Shown piece by piece: positions 1 through 9,951 of a DNA stretch of 64,000 nt (positions within the stretch are counted from its first letter, which is position 1; every line of letters starts with the position of its first letter). The translations under genes were made by a program, and so were the position numbers. Location: positions 29,042 through 93,041 of the forward strand of contig DAHVNA010000003.1 in assembly GCA_027319565.1 (NCBI GenBank). The letters are read 5' to 3'. Source of the DNA: Elusimicrobiota bacterium (GTDB taxonomy: Bacteria; Elusimicrobiota; Elusimicrobia; UBA1565; UBA9628). Below the pieces are notes generated by a model, which saw only the letters and a program-made list of their open reading frames with translations, made no database searches and had not been told where the DNA came from.

Positions 1-2
1 AT

Positions 3-416
3 GGACTTGAGGAAAAAGATTATCAGAGCCGCCGGCAAGAGCTTTTACAGATCACTCGCATGGCCCCATTCGCCGATCGCCCTGCGGGGCATCTTTCCGG
101 AGGAATGTATAAAAAGTTGGGCCTTATGTGCGCGCTTCTTCCCTCTCCCCGGATTCTTCTTTTAGACGAACCGACGACTGGAGTCGACCCCATCAGTCGG
201 CGCGATTTCTGGGATCTCCTTTACCGCTTAGTCGAAGAAAGCCATCTGCTCATCCTGACCTCGACATCCTACATGGACGAAGCCGCCCGGTGCGGGAACG
301 TGCACCTAATAGAATCCGGAAAAAAGATTGCCTCCGGAACCCCCAGAGAAGTGCTCGCCCAAGAACAGGTCAAGACTTTTGAGGAATTATTTATCCGGCA
401 CGCGAAAATGCCATGA
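3..416 (+). CDS. ABC transporter ATP-binding protein (5' partial, YbhF-like)
   Basis: Frame is open to the window edge; LSGG signature, LLLDEPTTGVDP Walker B, STSYMDEA switch region. Confidence 0.9.
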   Translation, partial: GLEEKDYQSRRQELLQITRMAPFADRPAGHLSGGMYKKLGLMCALLPSPRILLLDEPTTGVDPISRRDFWDLLYRLVEESHLLILTSTSYMDEAARCGNVHLIESGKKIASGTPREVLAQEQVKTFEELFIRHAKMP

Positions 417-1336
417 ATGGATACGCGGTCGAAGTCGATCATTTAATCGTTCGCTTCGGAGATTTTACCGCCGTCAATAATGTGTCCTTTGCGGTTAAGC
501 CAGGAGAGATTTTCGGTTTTTTGGGGGCCAACGGCGCGGGAAAAACGACCACGATTCGCGTTCTCTGCGGGCTTTTAAAGCCGACTTCGGGAGAAATTAA
601 AATCGCGGGACTGAGTCCCCATGACGGGCTTAAGCCCATCAAGAAAAAAGTGGGATACATGTCTCAACGCTTTACGCTTTATAACGATTTAAGCGTGGAG
701 GAAAATATCGCCTTTGCCGCCAGCCTTCGAAAACTAGATCCATCCAAAATCAAGGAGCGCGCGCAAACCTTGTTTAAGGAAATAGGCTTTGACTCTTCTC
801 CCGGCATGCTGGTTCAAGACCTCTCCGGCGGAATTAAACAGCGCCTGGCCTTGGCCGTCTCGATGATTCATGATCCGGACATTCTTTTTCTTGATGAGCC
901 TACGGCTGGCGTCTCTCCGGCCGCCAGAGTCGCCTTTTGGGATTTAATTCGCGAAATCGCCTCAAAAGGCAAAACGATATTTGTCACGACCCATTATATG
1001 GACGAAGCCGAACAATGCGGCAGAATCAGCCTGATGAGAAACGGAGAAATCATCGCGTTGGACTCTCCGGAGAATCTTAAATCGCAAGCATTCCCCGAGC
1101 CCCTCTACGAAGTGGAAAGCCCGGATCCCACCAACAAAGATTGGAAGAAAAATTTATTGAGCCGAAAAGAAATTAAAAATTTAGAGCCGCACGGGCTTTT
1201 TTGGCACTTTCAACTAAGGCCCGGGCCCGACGCCAATTTAGCGAACTTGTCCAGAGAAATCAATTCCGAGGCGCGGCAAATAAGCCCTTCCCTGGAAGAT
1301 GTGTTCATTCGTTTTATCGAGGGTTCGCGTGAATAA
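413..1336 (+). CDS. ABC transporter ATP-binding protein (YbhF-like)
   Basis: GANGAGKTT Walker A, LSGG, LFLDEPT, TTHYMDEAE; ATGA overlap with the upstream ATPase. Confidence 0.95.
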   Translation: MNGYAVEVDHLIVRFGDFTAVNNVSFAVKPGEIFGFLGANGAGKTTTIRVLCGLLKPTSGEIKIAGLSPHDGLKPIKKKVGYMSQRFTLYNDLSVEENIAFAASLRKLDPSKIKERAQTLFKEIGFDSSPGMLVQDLSGGIKQRLALAVSMIHDPDILFLDEPTAGVSPAARVAFWDLIREIASKGKTIFVTTHYMDEAEQCGRISLMRNGEIIALDSPENLKSQAFPEPLYEVESPDPTNKDWKKNLLSRKEIKNLEPHGLFWHFQLRPGPDANLANLSREINSEARQISPSLEDVFIRFIEGSRE

Positions 1337-2459
1337 AAAGAGCGGCTTTAATTTTTCCAGGGCCTACTCGATAGCCAAAAAGGAATTTCGCCACCTCTTG
1401 AGAGATCCCTTCACCCTGACGCTCGCGCTTGGGCTGCCGATCGCGCTTCTCATCTTTTTTGGTTTTGCAATCAATTATGACATCAAGAATATTCATATCG
1501 GAGTCTTTGACGGAGACTTGTCTATCGCTTCGCGAAATCTCGTGGATGTTTTTCAAAGCTCCGGATATTTTAAGACCGACCCTCTTCCTTTAGACCAAGA
1601 TCCTCTTCAAAGACTCGATACCGAGAAAGAAAAAGCGATTCTGATCATCAACCCGAAATTCGGACGGCATCTGGCGGCTGGAAAAACCGAAAGCGCCCAA
1701 ATCGTCCTAGACGGCGCCGACAATCTCGTCTCGGGAATAATCAGCGAGTATCTATCGGGCATTGAAGATTCTTTCAATTCTCAACTTCCGCAAAAAGGAA
1801 TCCCTCCGCCCAAAGTTCAGGAAAAAGTTCGCTATCTGTTCAACCCGGAGCTTAACAGCCACTGGTTTTTTGTTCCGGGCCTTATCGCGGTCATCAATGG
1901 CCTTATCTCGATTTTACTGACCGCCTTAACAGTCGCCCGCGAATGGGAAAATGGATCGATGGAAATGCTGCTGTCGACCCCGGTTCAGCCCTCTGAAATT
2001 ATTTTGGGAAAATTAACCCCCTATGCCGTTTTGGGAATCGGGGGAGTTTTGCTTGTCTTTATAGCCGCCCGCTTCATCTTCGGCGTGCCGATGAACGGCA
2101 GTTATCTATTATTGTCCTTTTCAACTCTGGCTTTTCTGTCCGCGACCTTGGCTCAAGGACTTTTGATTTCGGTTCTGACTCGCCAACAACAATTGGCCAT
2201 GCAAATCGCGATTACCACCGGACTACTCCCCGCCTTTCTTCTCTCCGGCTTTATTTTCCCGGTTCAGAACATGCCAATTTTCTTTCGATATTTGACCTCC
2301 ATTCTTTCTGTTCGATGGTTTATGCAAATACTGCGTCCGGTTTTTTTACGCGGCTCCAATTTTCTAGACCTCCAAACCGCCATTGCGATGCTGTCTTTAT
2401 TGACAGCCTTGCTCATTATCGGCTCCATTAAGGGCTTTAAGCGAGATCTTGAGCCATGA
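1329..2459 (+). CDS. ABC-2 type permease (YbhS-like)
   Basis: N-terminal KEFRHLLRD plus TM, FNPEL..FFVPG, AREWENGSME motif, multiple TMs; GTG start at 1329 preferred over 1299. Confidence 0.92.
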   Translation: MNKKSGFNFSRAYSIAKKEFRHLLRDPFTLTLALGLPIALLIFFGFAINYDIKNIHIGVFDGDLSIASRNLVDVFQSSGYFKTDPLPLDQDPLQRLDTEKEKAILIINPKFGRHLAAGKTESAQIVLDGADNLVSGIISEYLSGIEDSFNSQLPQKGIPPPKVQEKVRYLFNPELNSHWFFVPGLIAVINGLISILLTALTVAREWENGSMEMLLSTPVQPSEIILGKLTPYAVLGIGGVLLVFIAARFIFGVPMNGSYLLLSFSTLAFLSATLAQGLLISVLTRQQQLAMQIAITTGLLPAFLLSGFIFPVQNMPIFFRYLTSILSVRWFMQILRPVFLRGSNFLDLQTAIAMLSLLTALLIIGSIKGFKRDLEP

Positions 2460-3535
2460 ATTTCACCTTAATTGGATTTTTAAAAAAAGAATTCGCTCAA
2501 GGCTTAAGAGACCGCCGGATGAGAGTTCTTATCTTCATTTTGCCAAGCTTGCAACTCATTGTCTTCGGTCTGGCCATTCGCACCGAGATGAGAAATATTC
2601 GCCTTGCCGTCTTTGGCAAACCCGATCCTCTCTTGCGGGAAATAACGACTCGCGCGGAGGCCTCGGGATGGTTTATCCCCGCCAAGGTTCGCGGAAACAA
2701 CCCTTATCAGTGGGCCAAATCCGGGGAGGCGGAAGCGATTTTAGTCGCCCCCGAAAACGGGCTTGGCAGAGACGCCAAGCGCGGAACGGCGAACCTTCAA
2801 ATTCTCATCGACGCCTCCGACAGCGTCAGGGCGCGCATCATCAATGCCTATCTGTCTTCGGTTATCCGGCAAGCCGACAAAGACCCCGCGCCTCAGTTTA
2901 GCTTCTCAATCCGAACTCTTTATAATCCGGAATTAAAAACCGCCCACTTTATGGTTCCTTCTATTTCCGGGCTGATTCTCAGCATCCTGACCATTATCTT
3001 GACCAGCATGTCTCTCGCCCGCGAAAAAGAAATTGGAACCATGGAAACCATTCTATCGGCTCCTATTGAAGGATGGGAAATACTTTTAGGCAAGACCATC
3101 CCTTTTGTCGTCATGGGAATCATCGTCTTTACGCTGGTCATTTCCGCCGGGATACTGGTCTTTGGCGTGCCCGAGCGCGGCCCGATATGGATGCTGGGAC
3201 TCGCAGGCCTTGTCTTTGTCATCACCAGCGTGACCATCGGGCTTTTTATTTCGACAATCACCCAAAATCAGCAACAGGCGATGATGGCAAGTTTTATCTT
3301 TCTTTTTCCGGCCATGCAATTATCCGGCATCGCATTTCCGGTCGACAATTTGCCGCCTCTAATCGGCTGGGTCAGCTATTTCGATCCGCTGAAATATTTC
3401 GTGACCTTGATGCGAAACATCATGCTCAAGGGCGGAAACTCCGTGGTATTTTGGGAAAACTTGGCGGCGATAGCCTTGATCGGAACATTGGTCGCCATTT
3501 TCGCCGTTGAGCGCTTCCACGACACCCTCAACTAA
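2456..3535 (+). CDS. ABC-2 type permease (YbhR-like)
   Basis: KEFAQGLRD, YNPEL..FMVP, AREKEIGTME motif, multiple TMs. Confidence 0.92.
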   Translation: MNFTLIGFLKKEFAQGLRDRRMRVLIFILPSLQLIVFGLAIRTEMRNIRLAVFGKPDPLLREITTRAEASGWFIPAKVRGNNPYQWAKSGEAEAILVAPENGLGRDAKRGTANLQILIDASDSVRARIINAYLSSVIRQADKDPAPQFSFSIRTLYNPELKTAHFMVPSISGLILSILTIILTSMSLAREKEIGTMETILSAPIEGWEILLGKTIPFVVMGIIVFTLVISAGILVFGVPERGPIWMLGLAGLVFVITSVTIGLFISTITQNQQQAMMASFIFLFPAMQLSGIAFPVDNLPPLIGWVSYFDPLKYFVTLMRNIMLKGGNSVVFWENLAAIALIGTLVAIFAVERFHDTLN

Positions 3536-4623
3536 ACAGTCTTTGTAGACTTTAACTTCTCGATTTGATGGCGCACGGAATTGACGGTTCGCCGGGAAAC
3601 GGAAATACCGCGTTCCATTTTTAATTTTGAGGCAATTTCAGCGTCGGTCATGGCCGGGAAATCCCTTATCCAAATTTCAACGAGCTCGCGCAAAACCCGG
3701 CGCCTTCCAGGCAGGAGAGAAATCAGCGGAACCTCTTTCTCCCAGGGAAGTCGCACCGAACGATGAGAAAGCGACCGACTAATGGTCGAGGGTGATAAAT
3801 CTAAACGCCGCGCCAAGCCTCTGAGACTTATCGGGCGCAGATTTTCGACCCGGCGAGAGGACAAATACTCTATTTGAATTTTCGATAAGGATTCAAAAAC
3901 CCGATACAGGGCGCTTTGCCTTAAATTCAGCGCTTCGATTCGCTTAATTAATGAGGGAAGCCGCGCCTTTTCCGAAGGAGACAAAGCTGTCGTTTTCCAG
4001 CCGTCAATGAGCTCATAACGAATGTGGTAGAGACCTCTCGCCCAATAAGGGGCGTAAAACTCAAAACGAACTTCCCCCTCCAAAACTTTTAAATGCGCGA
4101 CACAGGCCGCTGGGCGGTCTGGGGCCTTGGATGGAGCCGATGTTGGAACTTCAAACTCGGAACGAATCTCGACATCCAGCAGAAAATCATGGATCGCAAG
4201 AACTTCTTCTTTTGAAAAGCCCACCCGTTTTGATATTTCCTCAAGAGTGATTCCCTGACCCCTTAAAAAATATTTCTCGAAATTTTCGCGGCCCATTTTC
4301 CGGATCGCCGCCACCGCCAAGTCTTGTTCCACCGCCAATTTTTCGACAGGGACTCGTTCTCCCATTCCTGCGGTGGTCCTCTCGTCAATTTCATAAAAAG
4401 AGGAGTGCAGTTCTCCGGAGGGCCACTTTTGCCTTTGAAACGCGGGCAAAATCTTTCCATCTCCGAAATAGAGCTTGCGAAAAAGATCGTCTTTCTCTAT
4501 TTTCGCCACTTCAGAGGCGAAATCCTTTTCCGGCATCTCAATTAAATCCGCCATCCGCATGCGCCCCATAATAGAAAGGCGCTGCTGGGTCTCTAAAGTA
4601 AGTCCTTGCTCTATTTTCGCCAT
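3532..4623 (-). CDS. rpoN: Atypical short RNA polymerase sigma-54 factor
   Basis: Q/L-rich region I (LTLETQQRL), LRPISLRGLARRLDLSPSTISR HTH, degenerate RpoN box SRRTVNSVR. Confidence 0.8.
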   Translation of the reverse strand: MAKIEQGLTLETQQRLSIMGRMRMADLIEMPEKDFASEVAKIEKDDLFRKLYFGDGKILPAFQRQKWPSGELHSSFYEIDERTTAGMGERVPVEKLAVEQDLAVAAIRKMGRENFEKYFLRGQGITLEEISKRVGFSKEEVLAIHDFLLDVEIRSEFEVPTSAPSKAPDRPAACVAHLKVLEGEVRFEFYAPYWARGLYHIRYELIDGWKTTALSPSEKARLPSLIKRIEALNLRQSALYRVFESLSKIQIEYLSSRRVENLRPISLRGLARRLDLSPSTISRSLSHRSVRLPWEKEVPLISLLPGRRRVLRELVEIWIRDFPAMTDAEIASKLKMERGISVSRRTVNSVRHQIEKLKSTKTV

Positions 4624-4688
4624 AGGGATATCAATTAAAAGTTTAGCAGATGTTTTTAACGTTTACAGTGTTTATAATTTGCTAAAAG

Positions 4689-6146
4689 ATGAGAAAGACT
4701 ATTTCAATGAAAGCCCCCTCTTTGTTTAAAGATTGCGCCGATGAGCTTATCGAATTTCTAGATCACGCTCCCGATTTTGTCATGCTTAGAAATCCGGATG
4801 GGACCATTCTCATGGCCAACGAAACTCTCTGTGAAAGACTCGGAGTCCCGCGGGAAAAACTCATTGGCCGGTCTATTTATGATTTCTATATAGCCCCCAA
4901 GCAAAAACCCATTAGCCAAAAATATACGGAAACGCTCTTGCGCCAAGGGACGAATCAGATTACGCTTCTCATGCGCGACAAAAACGGCTCTCCGGTCGAA
5001 GTCGAAGTCCGGGGTTGCCTGGTAGTTCACAAAGGGAAAAAAGTTCTTTTTGGCATCGGACGAGAAATTGGGCGTTCTGAAAGAGATCAGAGATTGGCGG
5101 AGATATTGAGAACCGGATTTAGGGCTTCGCATGATATCATGTTCTACACCGGCCCCAACGGAATGATTTTAGACGTCAACGACGCCTTTACCCATTATTA
5201 TGGCTACACCCGAGAAGAGGCAATAGGCAGAACTCCCGGCTTTCTGCGCTCTCAGCATTCCAGCGATGAATTCTACCGGTATATGTGGGAAAAGATATTG
5301 GCTCCCGCGCACGGATTTTGGAGAGGAGAAATCATCAACCGGACCAAGGATGGACGAGAAATCCCGCTTATCCTAACCATTTCAGCCGTGCGGGACGGCT
5401 CCGACAAAATAATTGGCTTTATTTCCAGCGCCACCGATATCCACAAGCACAGGGAACTGGAAGAGAAGATTGCCCAAACCGAAGCCTTGGCCGATCTGGG
5501 AGAAATGGCGGCCGCCGTCGCGCATGAAATTAGAAACCCCCTCAGCTCGATTTCAATGGCTTCAAAACGACTCTTGCAGCGCGATTTAAAATTATCCGAC
5601 AAGGAACCCATCGTCAAAATCCTCGAGAGCGAAAGCCAACGCCTCAATAAGATTCTCAACGAACTCCTCTTATTCGCGCGGCCGCGAACGCTCAAAAGGA
5701 AATCCTCCGATCTGAACTCCCTGATAAAAACGACCGTTGATCTTATAACCCAAAATCAAAATCTGTCCTCTAATATCAAATTGGCGCTTTCTCTCGACCC
5801 GAACCTCTATCCATTCTTGTTTGACTCCGACCAGATTCTACAGGTTTTATGGAATATGATTTTAAACGCCATCCAATCGATGGAAGGCACAGGAACCCTG
5901 ACCATCCGTTCCGGCCACTCCGAAAACTTCGCCTATTTCGCGATCAGCGATACCGGCCGGGGCATTTCAGAAGAAGAAAAAGCGAAAATCTTTAAGCCCT
6001 TTCACTCCACCAAAAGCCAAGGAGTGGGATTGGGGCTCCCCACCGCGAAAAGAATCGTAGTCGCCCATGGAGGAAGAATTGAGGTCGACACAAGAATGGG
6101 GCAAGGGACCGTATTTACCGTCTGGCTTCCCTACTTGGAGAGTTAA
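4689..6146 (+). CDS. Cytoplasmic double-PAS sensor histidine kinase
   Basis: Two PAS-like domains, H-box AHEIRNPL, N-box NMILNA, DTGRGI and GVGLGL G-boxes; no TM. Confidence 0.93.
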   Translation: MRKTISMKAPSLFKDCADELIEFLDHAPDFVMLRNPDGTILMANETLCERLGVPREKLIGRSIYDFYIAPKQKPISQKYTETLLRQGTNQITLLMRDKNGSPVEVEVRGCLVVHKGKKVLFGIGREIGRSERDQRLAEILRTGFRASHDIMFYTGPNGMILDVNDAFTHYYGYTREEAIGRTPGFLRSQHSSDEFYRYMWEKILAPAHGFWRGEIINRTKDGREIPLILTISAVRDGSDKIIGFISSATDIHKHRELEEKIAQTEALADLGEMAAAVAHEIRNPLSSISMASKRLLQRDLKLSDKEPIVKILESESQRLNKILNELLLFARPRTLKRKSSDLNSLIKTTVDLITQNQNLSSNIKLALSLDPNLYPFLFDSDQILQVLWNMILNAIQSMEGTGTLTIRSGHSENFAYFAISDTGRGISEEEKAKIFKPFHSTKSQGVGLGLPTAKRIVVAHGGRIEVDTRMGQGTVFTVWLPYLES

Positions 6147-6147
6147 A

Positions 6148-7353
6148 TTGAGAAAACCCGCTATTCTCTTGGTTGAAGACGATATTTCTCTTAATACGCT
6201 CACCACGCTTGAGCTAAGAAACCGCGGCTACGAAGTGGAAACGGCTAAATCGGGCCAAGAGGGATGCGAAAAAATAAGCCAAAACCCCGACATCGTCATC
6301 ACGGATCTTAAGCTCGGCGACATGGATGGGATGGATGTCCTGAGCCGGGTTAAGAAATATGATCCCAGGATAGAAGTCATCGTCGTCACGGGACACGGTT
6401 CCATTGACAGCGCGGTCAAGGCTATCAAGGCCGGCGCTTTTGATTATCTCACGAAACCCGTCGACTCCGAAGAATTGGAACTGACCATCAAAAAAACCCT
6501 AGAACATCAAAAATTAATCGCCGAAGTGGAGAATCTCCGCTCTGAAATTCGAGACAAATATAGCTTTAGCGGAATCGTCTACTCTAGCCCCAAGATTAAA
6601 AACATACTCGAAATGGTCAACAAAGTCGCCAAAACCGAGGCCACTGTTTTAATTCTAGGCGAATCAGGAACCGGCAAGGAGTTAATCGCCCATGCAATTC
6701 ACGAGCAAAGCCCCCGACGCCACGGCTCTTTTGTAGCCATCAATTGCGGAGCCTTGCCCGAAGGGCTGCTTGAAAGCGAGCTTTTCGGCCACGTCAAGGG
6801 CTCTTTTACGGGAGCCGATAGAAACAAAAGGGGGCTTTTTGAAGAGGCCTGTGAAGGCACCTTGTTTTTAGATGAGATTAGCGAGACAACGCCCGCTCTT
6901 CAAGTCAAACTCCTGCGGGCGCTGCAAGAAGGAGAAATCCGGCGCGTTGGAGACAATCATCCGATCAAGGTTTCCGGCCGACTCATCGCGGCCTCAAACA
7001 AGGATTTGGAACAACTGGTGGAAAGCGGGAAATTTAGAGACGATCTTTATTATCGCCTTAAGGTTTTTCCGATTGAAATTCCGCCTCTCAGAGAGCGCCC
7101 CGAGGATATTCTGCCTCTGGCCGAACACTTCTTAAGAAAAGCGCAAAAGAAGATATCGGGAAGCGCCAAACGCTTTTCTCCGGAAGCGGCCGCAGCTCTC
7201 AAAGCCTATTCTTGGCCCGGGAACGTCCGCGAGCTTGAGCATACCGTTGAGCGAATATTAATTCTCGCCTCCCAAGCCGAGATAAAACTGGAAGATGTTC
7301 CTCCCGAGATTCGCGCCTTACGAAAAAAAGCTTCGCTAAAACAGAAAAATTGA
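6148..7353 (+). CDS. NtrC-family sigma-54-dependent response regulator lacking C-terminal HTH
   Basis: Receiver (VEDD, ITDLKL, KP), GESGTGKE, GSFTGA loop, LFLDEI, WPGNVREL; TTG start at 6148 with GGAG upstream. Confidence 0.93.
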   Translation: MRKPAILLVEDDISLNTLTTLELRNRGYEVETAKSGQEGCEKISQNPDIVITDLKLGDMDGMDVLSRVKKYDPRIEVIVVTGHGSIDSAVKAIKAGAFDYLTKPVDSEELELTIKKTLEHQKLIAEVENLRSEIRDKYSFSGIVYSSPKIKNILEMVNKVAKTEATVLILGESGTGKELIAHAIHEQSPRRHGSFVAINCGALPEGLLESELFGHVKGSFTGADRNKRGLFEEACEGTLFLDEISETTPALQVKLLRALQEGEIRRVGDNHPIKVSGRLIAASNKDLEQLVESGKFRDDLYYRLKVFPIEIPPLRERPEDILPLAEHFLRKAQKKISGSAKRFSPEAAAALKAYSWPGNVRELEHTVERILILASQAEIKLEDVPPEIRALRKKASLKQKN

Positions 7354-7506
7354 GACGAGAATCAAGGCAAGGCCAATGAACAGCTTCTCGGGTTCCCCTT
7401 CATTTTTTCCCAGGCGAATATAAAAGGCTCCAAGTAAACTCAAAATCAGGCCGATTAAGGCTTTAAAAGCGCTCCAGGCGGTAAAATGGAGGTTTAAGCC
7501 GGGCAT
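7336..7506 (-). CDS. Small two-TM membrane protein (56 aa), absent from ORF track
   Basis: Manual translation MPGLNLHFTAWSAFKALIGLILSLLGAFYIRLGKNEGEPEKLFIGLALILVSIFLF; start overlaps the fabF stop (TGATG). Confidence 0.65.
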   Translation of the reverse strand: MPGLNLHFTAWSAFKALIGLILSLLGAFYIRLGKNEGEPEKLFIGLALILVSIFLF

Positions 7507-8813
7507 CAAGATTCCCAGCGCTTAAACAAGAGACATCCATTGACGTCTCCAAAGCCGAAGGAAGCCTTAATCACATACTCCAAGTTCCGGTCCATTTTTT
7601 GATGAGGAATACTCCCGGATATTTTCTGAATCTCGGGGTGAACCTTCTCGGAATTAATCGAGGGGTGAACATATGAATTGACTATTTGGTCGACCACCGC
7701 CACCGATTCCAAGGCCCCCGCCGCGCCCAAGGAATGTCCGATCATGGATTTGGTCGATTGAATCAAGGGAAATTTCGCGGGATCAAGTTCCAGGGCCTTT
7801 AGCCAACTTCCCACCTCGCGCGGATCGGCGGCAGTCGAGGTCAAGTGCCCGTTGATGAGAGAAATTTTAGACGGAGAAACTCCTGAATCCTCAATGACTT
7901 TTCGGATACAGCGAACAACCCCCTCGGGATTTGGAAAAGTCATCGTGCCCCCGTCTCTTTGGCCGCCGGAATTGCAATAGGCGGCGACGAGTTCGCAAAG
8001 TATTTTCGCCCCGCGCTTTTGCGCCGATTCCAGGCTTTCGAGTCTCAAAACTCCGGCGCCGCCGGAAGGGACAAAGCCGCAGGCCCCCGCTCCCATCGGT
8101 TGGGAGCCTTTTTCCGGAGCCTCGTTATATTTGGAACAAAGAACGTCTCTCATCGCGTCAAAGCCGGACCAACTGCCGTAATGCGTGCCCTCGGCCCCCC
8201 CGGCATACATGGATTCGGCGTAGCCCAACTGAATATTTTTCCAGGCATCGAAAATCGCTTCCGTCCCGGTGTTGCAGGCGGAACTATTAGAGCTCGTTTG
8301 TCCGCCGGCGCCTAAAAATTTCCCGACCGCGACTGAAATGGAACTAGACATCACCTGCGGGACGATATCGGTTCCCATGGGAGCGGTCCCACGCCCCGGC
8401 TCTTGGTTTTTGGCGTCAAAGACGACCGGGGCCAAGGAATCAAGAATCGTGTCCATGCCGCCAATGCCGGAGCCGATAATAACCCCCGTGTCCCACAAAA
8501 CCGGGGTATCTCGTTTCCCGTTGACCCAATCTATTTCCATGCCGCTCATCCGCGCGCATTCAATAGAAGCCATCACGGCATAGACCATCGCCTCGTTTAA
8601 TTTATTGAGCTCGCCCTCGGGAATCAATTTTAAAACCTCTTCTTCCTCCACAGGCGGAACGCCTCCGATTTGGCAGAGATAATTCATTTCTTTAAGATCT
8701 TCTCTAAAAGAAATCCCCGATTTTCCCGCCTTTAAAGCCTCTCGAAAATTTTGAACTCCAACGCCATTGGGCGCGACCGCGCCCACCCCGGTAACGACAA
8801 CTCGTTTTCTCAT
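7506..8813 (-). CDS. fabF: Beta-ketoacyl-ACP synthase (FabF/FabB family)
   Basis: RVVVTGVG, catalytic SACNTG, NGHLTST, IGHSLGAAG, SFGFG. Confidence 0.9.
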   Translation of the reverse strand: MRKRVVVTGVGAVAPNGVGVQNFREALKAGKSGISFREDLKEMNYLCQIGGVPPVEEEEVLKLIPEGELNKLNEAMVYAVMASIECARMSGMEIDWVNGKRDTPVLWDTGVIIGSGIGGMDTILDSLAPVVFDAKNQEPGRGTAPMGTDIVPQVMSSSISVAVGKFLGAGGQTSSNSSACNTGTEAIFDAWKNIQLGYAESMYAGGAEGTHYGSWSGFDAMRDVLCSKYNEAPEKGSQPMGAGACGFVPSGGAGVLRLESLESAQKRGAKILCELVAAYCNSGGQRDGGTMTFPNPEGVVRCIRKVIEDSGVSPSKISLINGHLTSTAADPREVGSWLKALELDPAKFPLIQSTKSMIGHSLGAAGALESVAVVDQIVNSYVHPSINSEKVHPEIQKISGSIPHQKMDRNLEYVIKASFGFGDVNGCLLFKRWES

Positions 8814-9226
8814 TTCTTCACCTCGAAAAGTTCCTGATGAGATATTTTCAGCGCCGCGCTAAAAACCCCTTCCCCGTCTTTTTCCCCCCCGTAAAAAAAG
8901 GACTCCGCGCGAAAAGAAAAAAATCCATTTTCCGAAGGCGCTTCTTGAGCGCTAACCTTGACGGCCACAGCGTCTCCGGGGCGCACTTTTTTTTTAAACA
9001 AAGCGTTCTCTACCGAACGGAAAAGCCCCGTTTCTCCAGATTCCGATTCCCGAAAAGACCACAAGCGAGCGCCTGCCTGACAGGCCATCTCGACCAATTT
9101 AATTCCCGGCACCACCGGATTTCCCGGAAAATGTCCGGCGCAATCTTCTTCTTTCCAAGCGTAAAGCGCTAAAAGATGCGAATCGGTTTTTTCCAAAATC
9201 CGATCGATGAATTTCCACTCCATCAC
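8810..9226 (-). CDS. 3-hydroxyacyl-ACP dehydratase, FabA/FabZ hot-dog family
   Basis: GHFPGNPVVPG..LVE motif, FKKKVRPGD. Confidence 0.85.
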   Translation of the reverse strand: MMEWKFIDRILEKTDSHLLALYAWKEEDCAGHFPGNPVVPGIKLVEMACQAGARLWSFRESESGETGLFRSVENALFKKKVRPGDAVAVKVSAQEAPSENGFFSFRAESFFYGGEKDGEGVFSAALKISHQELFEVKK

Positions 9227-9951
9227 AAGCCCATTCCTCCGTCGACGCTTAAGATCGCCCCGTTAAGATAATCGTTCTCAATTAAATGCGCGACCGCTAG
9301 AGCGACCGCTTCCGCGCTGCCAAATTGCCCCAAGGCGATTTCTTGGCGAATCAGGTTCCGCGTCGCTTCCGCGATTGTCTCGGTCATGGACGTTTCAATA
9401 AAACCAGGGCTGACCGCATTGACCCTTAAGCCCTTGGGCCCCCATTCAAAAGCCGCCTGTTTGGTCAAGGCCTCAAGAGCGGCTTTGGACGCCCGGTAAA
9501 CCGCGCTCCCCGTCAAAGCTTTTTTCGCCAAAATGGAGCTGACGTTAACGATCATTCCGGAACCGGATTTAATCATCTCCTTGGCGAAATCCCGCATCAG
9601 AAGAAGCGGCGTTTTAAAATTGACTCCCAAAATCAAGTCAATGGATTCTTCCTGGATATTGAGAGTCGGCTCGTGGGGCTTGTCGATTCCAGCGTTATTG
9701 ACGAGAATATAGGGATTTCCCTCTTTGAGAGCGGCCTCCAGTAAAGCGCCCCGGCCCCGCGCCGTCGAAAGATCGGCTTGAACCAAAAAAGAATTTTCTA
9801 TTTCCGACTGCAAGGCCTTTGCGGCCTCGGCATTTCCTTTATAATGGATTCCAATTCGCAGTTCTCCCTCGCTTTTTTCGCTTAAAACCTTGGCGATGGC
9901 CCTCCCAATTCCGCCGGACGCTCCAGTAATGATCGCGACATCTTCAGACAT
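9223..9951 (-). CDS. fabG: 3-oxoacyl-ACP reductase (SDR)
   Basis: TGASGGIG, NNAG, YRASK, VNAVSPGFIETSMT. Confidence 0.85.
   Translation of the reverse strand: MSEDVAIITGASGGIGRAIAKVLSEKSEGELRIGIHYKGNAEAAKALQSEIENSFLVQADLSTARGRGALLEAALKEGNPYILVNNAGIDKPHEPTLNIQEESIDLILGVNFKTPLLLMRDFAKEMIKSGSGMIVNVSSILAKKALTGSAVYRASKAALEALTKQAAFEWGPKGLRVNAVSPGFIETSMTETIAEATRNLIRQEIALGQFGSAEAVALAVAHLIENDYLNGAILSVDGGMGL

Noticed and set aside
7320-7500. Frameshifted Fis-type HTH of the NtrC-family regulator
   Set aside because: The other plus frames hit stops quickly with no HTH pattern; the space holds a convergent small membrane gene
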